From Acidimicrobiales bacterium (GTDB lineage: Bacteria; Actinomycetota; Acidimicrobiia; Acidimicrobiales; Bin134), in the NCBI GenBank assembly GCA_965115985.1, contig OZ220474.1:2974707-3038706 (forward strand): a stretch of 64,000 nucleotides of DNA, read 5' to 3'. Of this stretch, positions 47,424 to 56,829 are shown one piece after another. The position numbers and the translations under genes were made by a program. The notes beneath the pieces are model-generated. The model was not told where the DNA came from. It was given only the letters and a program-made list of their open reading frames with translations, and did no database searches. Positions within the stretch are counted from its first letter, which is position 1; each line of letters begins with the position of its first letter.

Positions 47424-48482
47424 GGCCGGATGGTCGGGGGCGGGGTACTTGCGGTGCAGAGGTTGTACCACCTCCTCGCCGAATCGCTGGATCTGCTCCC
47501 GGGTGGCCTCGAAAGAGGGGCCGGTGACCATGCGGAACTGCACGGTGAAGTATTGCACCCCCAGATCCTCGTGGTACTGCTCCAAGCGCTCCCGGCACTG
47601 GGCCGGAGAACCCACCACTATGTGCTCGCGGGCCGATTCGGTGGTGATCTTCTCCGGGGAGTCGAACTCGGGATGGTGGGCCAGGATCCCCTGCTCGCAG
47701 TAGAAGCGCATCTCGGGTACGTAGTGGGTGCCGTACTGCTCGGCGGCCTGCTCGAAGCTGTCGGCCACCCACGCCTTGCGCATCAGGACTACGAACGGCT
47801 CCTTGCCATGTTCGATGGCTCTGGCCCGATAGGCCCCGGCCTGTTGGTCCCAGGTCTCCTTCAGGATGGGGAAGTCGTCGCAGGTCCACGACTCGGCGTA
47901 TGCCCCGCACCGCTCTATGGCGGCGGGCAACTGGCCACCGCCCCAGAACGGGAATCGGGGTTGCTGGTAGGAGTTGGGCGACAAAAGGCCGTCGCTCACC
48001 CGGTAGAAGTCCCCGTCCCAGTCGAACCGCTCGCCCTTGGATTGCAGGGCTTTGTCGATGATGGCCACGTTCTCCAGGTAGCGGCCCAGCATTCGCTCGG
48101 GCGGAACCCCGAACTGCCCCCAGTAGCCGGCGTGGAAGCCCCGGCCCCAGGTCATGTACAGCCGACCCCGGGAAAGGTTGTCGATGATGGCGCACTGCTC
48201 GGCCACCTGCATGGGGTGGTAGAGGGTGTTGACCAGGCAGTAGGAGCCGATGGCCACCCGAGTGGTCTCCCGGGCCAGGATCATCAGCAGATTCAGCGGG
48301 GAGCCGAAGTAGGACTCGGTTCGACCGTGGCGGTCGGGCACCTGGATGGAATGAAACCCCGACCGCTCGGCCAGTATGCCCTCCTCCACCATGGCGTCGA
48401 GGACGTCGGCGGCGTTGTCGGGGGTGGGCAGGGGCTGGTCGTAGGACCCGTGGTTGGTGTCGATCAGATAGCCGATGCGCAA
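47400..48482 (-). CDS. LLM-class (luciferase-like) flavin-dependent oxidoreductase
   Basis: 360 aa: ERSGFHSIQVPDRHG, YHPMQVAEQCAIIDNLSRGRLYMTWGRGFH. Confidence 0.85.
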   Translation of the reverse strand: MRIGYLIDTNHGSYDQPLPTPDNAADVLDAMVEEGILAERSGFHSIQVPDRHGRTESYFGSPLNLLMILARETTRVAIGSYCLVNTLYHPMQVAEQCAIIDNLSRGRLYMTWGRGFHAGYWGQFGVPPERMLGRYLENVAIIDKALQSKGERFDWDGDFYRVSDGLLSPNSYQQPRFPFWGGGQLPAAIERCGAYAESWTCDDFPILKETWDQQAGAYRARAIEHGKEPFVVLMRKAWVADSFEQAAEQYGTHYVPEMRFYCEQGILAHHPEFDSPEKITTESAREHIVVGSPAQCRERLEQYHEDLGVQYFTVQFRMVTGPSFEATREQIQRFGEEVVQPLHRKYPAPDHPAIPEACRW

Positions 48483-48644
48483 GAGGTACTCGCTTTCGAT
48501 GGATGGTGGTCGCCGGTCATCCTCCCCACCTTATTGGTCGCCGCCCGTGGATGTCTCCGGCACTCGGCCCAAAAGGCAGTAGCCGCCGCTCCCTGGGCCT
48601 ACGCTGAGCCTCGCGTACAATTCGAGTCGGGCAAAGGAGTACAC

Positions 48645-49412
48645 GTGGCCATTCACACCGAGATCGATGGGCAGGGCATTGCCGTGGTCACCATGGACAA
48701 TCCCCCGGTGAACGCCCTCAACATCGCCGACACCTACAAGCTGGCCGAGGTCTTTCGCGGTTTCAAGCACGATCCCGAGGTGCGGGTTGCGATCCTGACC
48801 GCGGTGGGACGGGGGTTCAACGCCGGGGTGGACATCAAGGAGATGCAGGCCATGGAGGGCTTCGAGGGCGTTCTGGGCACCGGCGACGCCTGTTACGAGG
48901 CCTTCGGCGCGGTGTACGACTGTGCGGTGCCGGTGGTGGCGGCCGTTCAGGACTTCTGTTTGGGTCTGGGCATCGGCTTGGCCGGCAACTGCGACCTGGT
49001 GGTGGCCGCCGAGGGAGTCAAGTTCTCCATGCCCGAGGTGGACAATGGTGCCCTGGGAGCAGCCACCCACACCGCCCGGCTGGTGCCGGAGAAGGTGATG
49101 CGGTGGATGATGTACAGTTGCCAGCCGGTGGCCGCCGAGGACCTGCACCGGTGGGGAACCGTGCTGAGCGTGGTTCCCGGCGACGAGCTCATGGCCGAGG
49201 CCCGGCGAGTGGCCGGGGTGATCGCGTCGAAGCCGCCCGGTGTCATCCGCAAGGCCAAGTGGTCGATCAACGGGATCGACCCGGTGGACGTACACCGCAG
49301 CTATCGCTTCGAGCAGGGGTTCACCTACGAGCTCAACCTCATGGGGGAGGGCGACAAGGCTCGGGAGGCGTTCATCCGGGGAGAACGGGAGTCCAACAAG
49401 GCAGCCGGATAG
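48645..49412 (+). CDS. Enoyl-CoA hydratase/isomerase (crotonase) family protein
   Basis: The GTG at 48645 is preceded by AAGGAG. Sequence: IAVVTMDNPPVNAL, GRGFNAGVDIKE, GLGIGLAGNCDLVVAAE. Confidence 0.88.
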   Translation: MAIHTEIDGQGIAVVTMDNPPVNALNIADTYKLAEVFRGFKHDPEVRVAILTAVGRGFNAGVDIKEMQAMEGFEGVLGTGDACYEAFGAVYDCAVPVVAAVQDFCLGLGIGLAGNCDLVVAAEGVKFSMPEVDNGALGAATHTARLVPEKVMRWMMYSCQPVAAEDLHRWGTVLSVVPGDELMAEARRVAGVIASKPPGVIRKAKWSINGIDPVDVHRSYRFEQGFTYELNLMGEGDKAREAFIRGERESNKAAG

Positions 49413-49426
49413 GGCTTGAGCGCAGA

Positions 49427-49640
49427 CATCGTAATCGTGGGGGCCGGTTCGGGGGTTGGGGCATGAACGGGGCGACGGCCTCCCAGCCGGTCGATACCGT
49501 CGTCGTGGGGGCCGGTTCGGGGGTTGGGGCATGAACGGGGCGACGGCCTCCCAGCCGGTCGATACCGTCGTCGTGGGGGCCGGTTCGGGGGTTGGGGCAT
49601 GAACGGGGCGACGGCCTCCCAGCCGGTCGATACCGTCGTC
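49427..49640 (+). repeat. 68-bp x3.1 tandem repeat of the GMC oxidoreductase 5' end (start codon plus first 22 codons)
   Basis: atgaacggggcgacggcctcccagccggtcgataccgtcgtcgtgggggccggttcgggggttggggc has its ATG at 49463, 49531 and 49599. Confidence 0.95.
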
Positions 49641-51140
49641 GTGGGGGCCGGTTCGGCGGGGTCGGTGCTGGCTGCCCGGTTGTCCGAGGATCCCGCTCGC
49701 CGGGTGGTGCTGCTCGAAGCCGGTCCCGATCATGGTGACCGCCCGCCCCCGGAACTGGCCGACGTCACCGAGTCGTCCCACCCTGATCATGATTGGGGCG
49801 ATGAGGTGCGTCTGCCCGGGGGTCGAACCCAGCACTATCCCCGGGGACGGGTGGTGGGCGGCAGTTCGGCGGTCAACGGCGGCATCGCCGTCCGGGCCAT
49901 GCCCGCCGATTTCGATGCCTGGGGATTTCCCGAATGGCGGTGGGAGGCGATTCTGGATGGCTTCCGGCGACTGGAATCCGATCCTGACGGCGAGGATCGC
50001 TGGCACGGTCGAAACGGCCCGTTGCCCATTGTCCGCACGCCCGAGGCCGATCTCCACCCGGTTCATGTCGCCTTCTACGAGGCGTGCCGGTGGGCCGGTC
50101 ACGGCTTTGTCGCCGATCACAACGCCCCGGATTCCACCGGTGTGGGTCCGCTGCCCCGCAATCGCCGGGGTCGGCAACGGGTATCGGCGGCGGACGCCTA
50201 CCTGACTCCCGAGGTCCGGGGCCGCCCCAACCTGGAGGTTCGAGGCGGTTGCCCGGTTTCGTCGGTGCGGTGGAGCGGCCGCCGGGCCGTGGGGGTAAAC
50301 GTGGCCGGCAGCCACGGGCTGGAGGCCGTCGTCGCCGGGGAGGTGATAGTGGCGGCCGGGGTGGTGCAGTCCCCGCTGCTGTTGTGGCGTTCCGGTATCG
50401 GCCCGGCCTCGGAGCTGGCCGGTTTGGGGCTGGACGTCGTGGTGGACCGCCCCGGGGTGGGGGCGAACCTCTCCGATCACCCCGCGATCTATCAGTTCGC
50501 CGTACCCAAGCCCCGGATGGTGTCCCCGAGCGACGTCACCATCCAGACCCTATTGCGGTTCACCAGCTCGACCGGCCCTACCAACGATCTCCAACTGTTC
50601 CCCGTAGGGGTGATCGACCTGTCGGCCAACCCCCGGCGGCGGGCCGAGGCCGGCGGAGTGGACACCGTCTTCGCGTTGGTGGCGGCCCTGCAACGGGTGG
50701 AGAGCCGGGGGTCGGTGCGACCGGTATCGGCCGATCCCGGGTATCCGCCCGCCATCACCTATCCGTTCATGGCTCACAAGCCCGACCGGGATCGACTGGT
50801 CGAGGCTCTGGAGCTGGGGCTGGAGCTGCTGGGCTCGCCCCCGTATCAAAACGTGGCCGACGGTCCCTTGTTCCTGCCCGACAAGCTCGACCGTGACGAA
50901 CTGTCCGCCCATGTGTTCGCCAATCATGTGGCCTTCTATCACGGAGCGGGCACGTGTGCGATGGGCTCGCCCGACGATTCCGGCGCGGTGGTCGGCCCCC
51001 ACGGGCAGGTGTGGGGCACCGAGGGGCTGCGGGTGTGCGATGCCTCCATCATCCCCGAAACCCCGAGAGCCAACACCAACCTGAACGTCATCGCCATCGC
51101 CGAGCACATGTCCGACCTGCTCCGAAAGGGTGGGCCATAG
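49599..51140 (+). CDS. GMC-family FAD oxidoreductase (choline dehydrogenase-like)
   Basis: MNGATASQPVDTVVVGAGSAGSVLAARLSEDP..VLLEAG (Rossmann GxGxxG). GMC signature regions GG.S.VNG and a C-terminal HGAGTCAMG. Confidence 0.9.
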   Translation: MNGATASQPVDTVVVGAGSAGSVLAARLSEDPARRVVLLEAGPDHGDRPPPELADVTESSHPDHDWGDEVRLPGGRTQHYPRGRVVGGSSAVNGGIAVRAMPADFDAWGFPEWRWEAILDGFRRLESDPDGEDRWHGRNGPLPIVRTPEADLHPVHVAFYEACRWAGHGFVADHNAPDSTGVGPLPRNRRGRQRVSAADAYLTPEVRGRPNLEVRGGCPVSSVRWSGRRAVGVNVAGSHGLEAVVAGEVIVAAGVVQSPLLLWRSGIGPASELAGLGLDVVVDRPGVGANLSDHPAIYQFAVPKPRMVSPSDVTIQTLLRFTSSTGPTNDLQLFPVGVIDLSANPRRRAEAGGVDTVFALVAALQRVESRGSVRPVSADPGYPPAITYPFMAHKPDRDRLVEALELGLELLGSPPYQNVADGPLFLPDKLDRDELSAHVFANHVAFYHGAGTCAMGSPDDSGAVVGPHGQVWGTEGLRVCDASIIPETPRANTNLNVIAIAEHMSDLLRKGGP

Positions 51141-51207
51141 CTGGGCCATATCCACGAGGGTGGCCCAGGCCGGGGAGATTGTCGGTCCGGCGATATAACG
51201 TCGGGGT

Positions 51208-52191
51208 ATGACTGCGGCGGCCCGGCATGCCTACGACACCCATGACGACCTGGTGGAGGACTACTACGAGAGGGGGTGGACCGACGGGTTGCCGGTCGTG
51301 GCTCCCACTCCCGACAAGGTGTCCGCCTTCCTGGAGCACGCCGGATTGCCGGGAGACGAGGTGTTGGGGGCGGTGCCCACCCGAGAGGTGATCTGCACCG
51401 CGGAGCAGGCCGCGGTCAACGCGGTCATGGCCGGCTGTCTGACCGAGTACTTTCCCGCAGTGGTGGCGGCCGTGCGGGCCCACCTCCACCCCAAGGGGAA
51501 CTGCCACTCCACCACGGGCACGTTGTCGGGCGCGGCCCAGGCGGTGATAATCAACGGCCCCGTCCGCAACCGGTTGGGGGTGGTCTCGGGAGCGGGTTGC
51601 TTCGGGCCGGGGTTCCGGGCCAACGCCACCATCGGTCGGGCGCTGCGGCTGGTGATCCGCAACGTGTGCCGAGGCATCCCCGGGTTCTTGGACCGGGCCA
51701 GCTTCTCCACCCCGGCCCGCTACTCCTTCTGCTTCGGGGAGAACGAGGAGGCCTCCGACTGGTTGCCGCTGCACGTGCAGCGGGGGCTGGCTCCCGACCG
51801 GAGCGCGGTGACGGTTCATTCCCTGATGAAGATGGTCGAGGTCACCGATTTCATCAGCCGCACCGCCGAGGGGGTGTGCAACTCCCTGGTGACCCAGATA
51901 CGGGCCAACGGCATTACCGGGGACTCCTGGCTGGGCGAGGACGGCAACGTGGTCGTGGTGGTAGGTCACGAGCACCATCGGTTCTTCATCGAGGAGGGAT
52001 GGTCGAAGGCCGACATCCAGGATTATCTGTGGCCCCGGCTGAACGCCCCCGCCACCAGCGCCACCGACCGCATGGCTCGCATCGGCAAACCGGAGGGCAT
52101 CCTGATCGTGGCCGCCGGGGGAGCGGGCATGGGGGCAAGCTGGCTGTTGCTGCCCCACCTGGCTCTGGCCATCACCGAGCCCATCGTCTGA
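51208..52191 (+). CDS. Conserved hypothetical protein (no family recognised), immediately upstream of the UGSC gene
   Basis: 327-aa ORF with globular, non-repetitive composition (GWTDGLPVVAPTPDKV..., NCHSTTGT...). It has no recognisable motifs. Confidence 0.7.
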   Translation: MTAAARHAYDTHDDLVEDYYERGWTDGLPVVAPTPDKVSAFLEHAGLPGDEVLGAVPTREVICTAEQAAVNAVMAGCLTEYFPAVVAAVRAHLHPKGNCHSTTGTLSGAAQAVIINGPVRNRLGVVSGAGCFGPGFRANATIGRALRLVIRNVCRGIPGFLDRASFSTPARYSFCFGENEEASDWLPLHVQRGLAPDRSAVTVHSLMKMVEVTDFISRTAEGVCNSLVTQIRANGITGDSWLGEDGNVVVVVGHEHHRFFIEEGWSKADIQDYLWPRLNAPATSATDRMARIGKPEGILIVAAGGAGMGASWLLLPHLALAITEPIV

Positions 52192-52211
52192 GCGCCGGCT
52201 AGTATTGCCTC

Positions 52212-52760
52212 ATGTCAGCTCTCATTGGTCTTGATCCCACATCCGGCCCCCTCGACAGGGTCGGCGATCATGATTTCGTCCCCCGACCGGCCAGCCTGGA
52301 TGGGGCGGTGGTCGGTCTGGTGGCCAACGGCCTCGGCGAGGGGGAGATCTTCCTGGATGCCCTCTACGACGAGTTGGCCGGGCTGAGCGACCTGAAGGCC
52401 CCGCTGAAAGTGGTGAAGGGCTCGGTGTCGATCCCGCCCGATCCGGGGGATTGGAGCCGTCTGACCGAGGAGGCCACGGTCGCCATCACCGGCTTCGGCG
52501 GTTGAGGAAGCTGTAGTGCCCGCAGTTTGCGGGACGCAGTGGAGCTGGAGTGGGCCGGTGTACCCAGCGTCGCCATAGTCCACGAGCAGATGAGGGGCTC
52601 GGCCCAGGCCATCGCCCGGGTGAGCGGATGCCCCGACTACGAGTTCCTCGCCGCCGACTATCCCTGGATCCCCACCGCCATCTGGTCCAAGGAGGAATGC
52701 CTGGAACTGGCCGAGATCATGGCCCCCAAAGTTCTGGCCACCCTCACCGGCCGGCACTGA
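52212..52760 (+). CDS. UGSC-motif selenoprotein candidate (in-frame TGA 52503-52505 read as selenocysteine)
   Basis: Track ORFs 52212-52505 and 52527-52760 share one frame and are separated only by TGA. The joined product reads ...ATVAITGFGG-U-GSCSARSLRDAVELEWAGVPSVAIVHE.... The second ORF has no ATG or GTG start and no Shine-Dalgarno, and a hairpin follows the TGA. Confidence 0.7.
52506..52546 (+). promoter_or_regulatory. Candidate bacterial SECIS element
   Basis: A stem cccgca/tgcggg (52519-52524 / 52528-52533) with apical loop GTT begins 13 nt after the UGA. Possible lower helices are agct(52509-52512)/agct(52543-52546) or ctg/cag. Confidence 0.55.
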
Positions 52761-52863
52761 TACTCACCCACCCGGCAGGGAGGCCGCTGCCGCAGGGAAG
52801 CACCAACCGCAAGACAGCCGAAGCATCCTAATTTCGCCTATCTCCACTCTGGTCTATGTCCAC

Positions 52864-54255
52864 TCAGTTGGTGAAGGCCGCGGAGGATGGGCGGACGGCG
52901 AGGGCTCCGAGTACGCCGATGGTGGCGATGGCCATGCCTACCCAGAAGCCGTTGGCGAAGGCGGTGCTGGTGCTCTCCTCTCCTTTGGCCAGTACCAGCA
53001 CCTGAATACCCACCGCGGTGCCCAAGCTGGTTGACATTTGGAACATGCCGGTGGCTGCGCCCAACTCCCGCAGGGGCACCGTACCGGCCAGTGCCACTTG
53101 ATAGGCGGGGCCGGCGGTTCCCAGTCCGGCTCCCGAGAGGCCGAGGCCCAGGATCACCAGGGCCACCGCCGAGGTCAACGCACTGCCCAGGAATGCGGCC
53201 ATGGCCAGTACCACCAAAAGGGTGCCGACCATGACCGGGAAGCGTTCCCCCCGGGTGCGGGCCAGAAATCCGCCCACCGGCGAGGCCAGGGTGAAGCTCA
53301 GCAATCGGGTCACCAGAACCATGGTGGCCGCGGTGAGGGAGTAGCCGTATCGTTCCTGCAACAGCAGCGGGGTCAGCACGAAACCGCCCATGTAGGCGGC
53401 GTTGGAGGCGGCGGAGGCGACGATCGGGCCGCTGAAGTTGGGCAGTCCGAACCATTCCAGCGGGACCATGGGGTGGGCCGAGCGACTCTCCACCGCCACG
53501 AAGGCGGCCACTGCGACCGGAGTGGCCAACAGCAGGCCCAACGGCAGGGGATGGGAGAAGCCCCGGGCCGTCCCCTGCGACAGGCCCAGCATGAGGGCGA
53601 CCACTGCGGTCACCAGGGTGGCCGCGCCGGCCATGTCCAGTGGCTTGGGCTCGCTGCGGGTACCGGGTCGCACCACCAGAACCACTGCCACCAGCCCCAG
53701 GGCGGCAATCGGGGTGTAGACGGCGAAGACGGCCCGCCAGCCGAGGGCGTCCACCAGGGCCCCGCCGGTGAACAACCCGAAGGTCGGGCCTCCCACGGCG
53801 GCGAACTGGAACCACCCCATGGCCCGGGCCCGATCCCGGGGGTTGAACGCGGCCAGCATCAAGGCGTTGCCGTTGGGGAGCATCATCGCCCCGCCGACCC
53901 CCACCAGCAGGCGGAACACGATGAAGCTGACCGCGTTCCAGGCCAGCCCGCTGAGGCCGGTGGCCACGGCGAGCAGTGCCAACCCGATGATGAGCATCCG
54001 CCGGTGGCCGTACATGTCGCCCAGCGATCCCGACAGGGTGGTGCCCGCAGCCAGACCCAGAAACGGAGCGGTGAGCGCCCAGGACAGGGTGGCTTGGGTG
54101 GTGTCCAGCGCCTCGGCGATCTCGGCCAACGAGGCCCCGATGATGGTCATGGTCGAGCCGAACACCACCGAGCCCACCAGCACGATGCGCAGCAGACGCC
54201 ATGCATAGGCGGGGTCGTTCGGGCCGCCCGGCTCTGCCGGGGGTGAGGCGGTCAC
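52864..54255 (-). CDS. MFS transporter, 14-TM DHA2 (EmrB/QacA-like) type
   Basis: 463 aa: LRIVLVGSVVFGSTMTIIGASLAEIA, GSLGDMYGHRRML, about 14 hydrophobic segments. Confidence 0.85.
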   Translation of the reverse strand: MTASPPAEPGGPNDPAYAWRLLRIVLVGSVVFGSTMTIIGASLAEIAEALDTTQATLSWALTAPFLGLAAGTTLSGSLGDMYGHRRMLIIGLALLAVATGLSGLAWNAVSFIVFRLLVGVGGAMMLPNGNALMLAAFNPRDRARAMGWFQFAAVGGPTFGLFTGGALVDALGWRAVFAVYTPIAALGLVAVVLVVRPGTRSEPKPLDMAGAATLVTAVVALMLGLSQGTARGFSHPLPLGLLLATPVAVAAFVAVESRSAHPMVPLEWFGLPNFSGPIVASAASNAAYMGGFVLTPLLLQERYGYSLTAATMVLVTRLLSFTLASPVGGFLARTRGERFPVMVGTLLVVLAMAAFLGSALTSAVALVILGLGLSGAGLGTAGPAYQVALAGTVPLRELGAATGMFQMSTSLGTAVGIQVLVLAKGEESTSTAFANGFWVGMAIATIGVLGALAVRPSSAAFTN

Positions 54256-54305
54256 CGTTGGATCGGGATTGGGGCTGGATCAGGGGATCAGGATTGAGGC
54301 CGAAA

Positions 54306-54626
54306 TCAATCCTTCAGCTCAACGAGAATTTCGTAGTAGGGCTCGGTGCCGGTGTTGACCGCGGTCTCGATGCCGCCGCGGGAGATGAACATCGTCTGGC
54401 CGGGGATCACGTCGCCCTCCACCGAACCGGAGAACTCCCCGGCGGTGTCGGGCTCGAACTCGCCGGTGATCCTGTCGCCGGCCACCTGCACGAGCACGTA
54501 GTCGTGATCATGGCGGTGAAGGTCGGACCGCTGGCCCGGGTCCAGGCGCATCTCCCAGATGCGCACCCGGTCGTTCTCCATCAGCAGCTTGGTGGCCACG
54601 TCTCCCAATGCTCTTTGTGCGCTCAT
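54306..54626 (-). CDS. Cupin-domain protein
   Basis: From ATG 54626: 106 aa, LMENDRVRIWEMRLDPGQRSDLHRHDHDYVLVQV...G....F...G..ETAVNTG. Confidence 0.75.
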   Translation of the reverse strand: MSAQRALGDVATKLLMENDRVRIWEMRLDPGQRSDLHRHDHDYVLVQVAGDRITGEFEPDTAGEFSGSVEGDVIPGQTMFISRGGIETAVNTGTEPYYEILVELKD

Positions 54627-54645
54627 GGCTGCATCGTAGGCGATT

Positions 54646-54750
54646 GCGGGTTGCCACCGGAGCGCCGCCAAAGGACTTGCAGGGCCGCCCCGTCTTTTTG
54701 CTTCTGGCGGCGCGGCGGCGGGTTGCCACCGGAGCGCCGCCAAAGGACTC
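54646..54750. repeat. 32-bp core repeated at 72-bp spacing upstream of the cupin gene
   Basis: gcgggttgccaccggagcgccgccaaaggact occurs at 54646 and 54718. Confidence 0.88.
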
Positions 54751-54765
54751 GCAGCGCTTGTGCGG

Positions 54766-56829
54766 TCAGTCGGGGTTGTTTAGAGCCCTTTGGGCTCCGG
54801 GTGCGGTGATGTGGACGGCGGCGGTCAGCCCGGCGAGCGTGGCCGCGGCGATGGTGGCGGCGGCGATCACCGCCGAAGGGGCGTAGTTGGGAGGGACCGA
54901 CCCGTCCACCAGGGCATAGGCCACGGCGCCGATGGTGCCCACGGCGGTGCCGCCGAGGCCGACGATGGCCACCAGCGCGAACGACTCGGCGGCGGCCAGA
55001 CGGCGAATGGTTGCGAGTTTGGCTCCCAGGGCGATGAGGCGTAGCCGGGTTCTGGCCGATTGCGAAGCGTTGGTGGCAACCGACAACAACAAGGCCGCGA
55101 ACGCACCGACACCGGCGATCTTGAAAGCGGCGAGAATCCAGGGAACCGCCCTGTCCTCCTTCTGCACGCCGTCGGCCGGGCTCCTCACCGAAAGGTCGGG
55201 GCCTGCACGGTTCACCACGAATTTCCGGACGACCCGTTCCGCCCTCAGCTCATCGGGGGCGACCAGGAGGCGGTAAGCGAACCTTGTTGCGGCCGGTGGG
55301 GCGGTGGAGCCGGTTCCATGCTTGGCGAAAGCACCGGCGGCTTCGGGGGCCACCATGATCCCATCCGGCCCGCATTTTTCGAACTCCACGTACCGACCGA
55401 GGCTCGAGCAGTCGCCAACCCAGGTGAAGGTCGGGGCGGCGTTGCCCATGGGTTCGGTTCGGTAGACGTCCAGGAAGTCGCCACCGGCTTCGGTTTCGAG
55501 CCATCTCAGCTCGGAGTTGTCCAGGTCGCCGTTGACTATGATGGCCGCGACGGTCGATTGGGGTGGTTCGTCGTCGCCTTGTCGGGCTACCGCGATGTAG
55601 GACGCGGCGACCGGGATGAGAACGGCGACACCGGCCAGCGCCATGAGCGAACGGGCCGAGGTGGCCGCGTTCCAACTCAACCGCCGACCCACCAGCTTGG
55701 CCAGAGGGGAGGCTCCTTTGGCGATGGCGGCTCCGAGGTGGTTGACAATGACGGGCAGGGCGAAAGTTACGCTCAGCGACGCCGCCAAAAGCCAGGTGAG
55801 CAAAAGACGCACTGCGGCTTCGCCCGATTGGGTGGTGGAGTAGAGGATCAGGCCGATCGAACCGGCCAACGGCAGAGCCCGCCACAGAGCCGGGGATTGC
55901 GGGATTCGAGACGTTGGGCGCGACCCGACTCGGCTGCCGAGATGACGAAGACCGAGCAAACCGGCAAGCACGGTCACAACGGCTGCGGTGACCGCGACGA
56001 CCCACAGAGGAACCGCCATATCACCCCTAAACACTCGCTCGCCCACCAGCGGGACCGATGAGAGCTTCGGCGCGACCCAGTACCAGGCTCCCGCAGCAAG
56101 GACCGCGCCCGGTAACGCCACCACGGCCGTGCTGAGAACAGAGAGGCGAGCCAGCGTCAATCGAGGGGCACCAAGAAGGTGCAGTACCTGGAGTCGGCGC
56201 TCCAGCCCGATGGAGACCGGCCCCAGCGCAGCCCGCAAAAACCCAACACCGATGACAAGGACCAAACCAAAAGTGGCCAGAGCCACGGTCGGGGCCCCAA
56301 CAGCCGACTTGATCCCGGACCACTCCGAACCGCTTTCTGCGGTTCGGCGCGTTCGCAGGGGGACATCGGGGCCGACAATACGATATGCGAGAAGCTCGTC
56401 GGCGGCACCGATACCGGCTTTCGCGATAACACCGGGGTTGTCACCGAAGCGGCCGGTCAACACCGGTTCGGTGCGTATGCGACGGTCAAGCTCGGGGCTG
56501 ACGAACCAATCTCCTACCTTCGCGGTGGGCGGCACCCCCGGAATCAGTGCCCCGGGGGTCTCTATGCGCCAGTAAGTGATGGAGATGGACTCACCGTTGA
56601 CCGAATCGTAGTTGAAATCGGAGCTGAAGGCCGCAGGCTCGCCCTCGACAGCATGCCTAAAAGTGCGGCCGATTGCCCGATCGTCAATCCGTTCGGCGAG
56701 CAGGGTGGCACTGACTCCAGCCAAAGCGACCACGGTCACGACCGTGGTCGCAGCCGCGAGCACCAGGCTCTTGAGCCGGTTTGTCCAGCCCCCGCCCCAA
56801 CCGGCAGCCAAAGCGATGGACCAGATCAC
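54766..56829 (-). CDS. FtsX-like (MacB-type) ABC transporter permease
   Basis: 687 aa, multi-TM, with large extracytoplasmic loops. It overlaps the upstream ATPase gene by 4 nt. Confidence 0.8.
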   Translation of the reverse strand: MIWSIALAAGWGGGWTNRLKSLVLAAATTVVTVVALAGVSATLLAERIDDRAIGRTFRHAVEGEPAAFSSDFNYDSVNGESISITYWRIETPGALIPGVPPTAKVGDWFVSPELDRRIRTEPVLTGRFGDNPGVIAKAGIGAADELLAYRIVGPDVPLRTRRTAESGSEWSGIKSAVGAPTVALATFGLVLVIGVGFLRAALGPVSIGLERRLQVLHLLGAPRLTLARLSVLSTAVVALPGAVLAAGAWYWVAPKLSSVPLVGERVFRGDMAVPLWVVAVTAAVVTVLAGLLGLRHLGSRVGSRPTSRIPQSPALWRALPLAGSIGLILYSTTQSGEAAVRLLLTWLLAASLSVTFALPVIVNHLGAAIAKGASPLAKLVGRRLSWNAATSARSLMALAGVAVLIPVAASYIAVARQGDDEPPQSTVAAIIVNGDLDNSELRWLETEAGGDFLDVYRTEPMGNAAPTFTWVGDCSSLGRYVEFEKCGPDGIMVAPEAAGAFAKHGTGSTAPPAATRFAYRLLVAPDELRAERVVRKFVVNRAGPDLSVRSPADGVQKEDRAVPWILAAFKIAGVGAFAALLLSVATNASQSARTRLRLIALGAKLATIRRLAAAESFALVAIVGLGGTAVGTIGAVAYALVDGSVPPNYAPSAVIAAATIAAATLAGLTAAVHITAPGAQRALNNPD

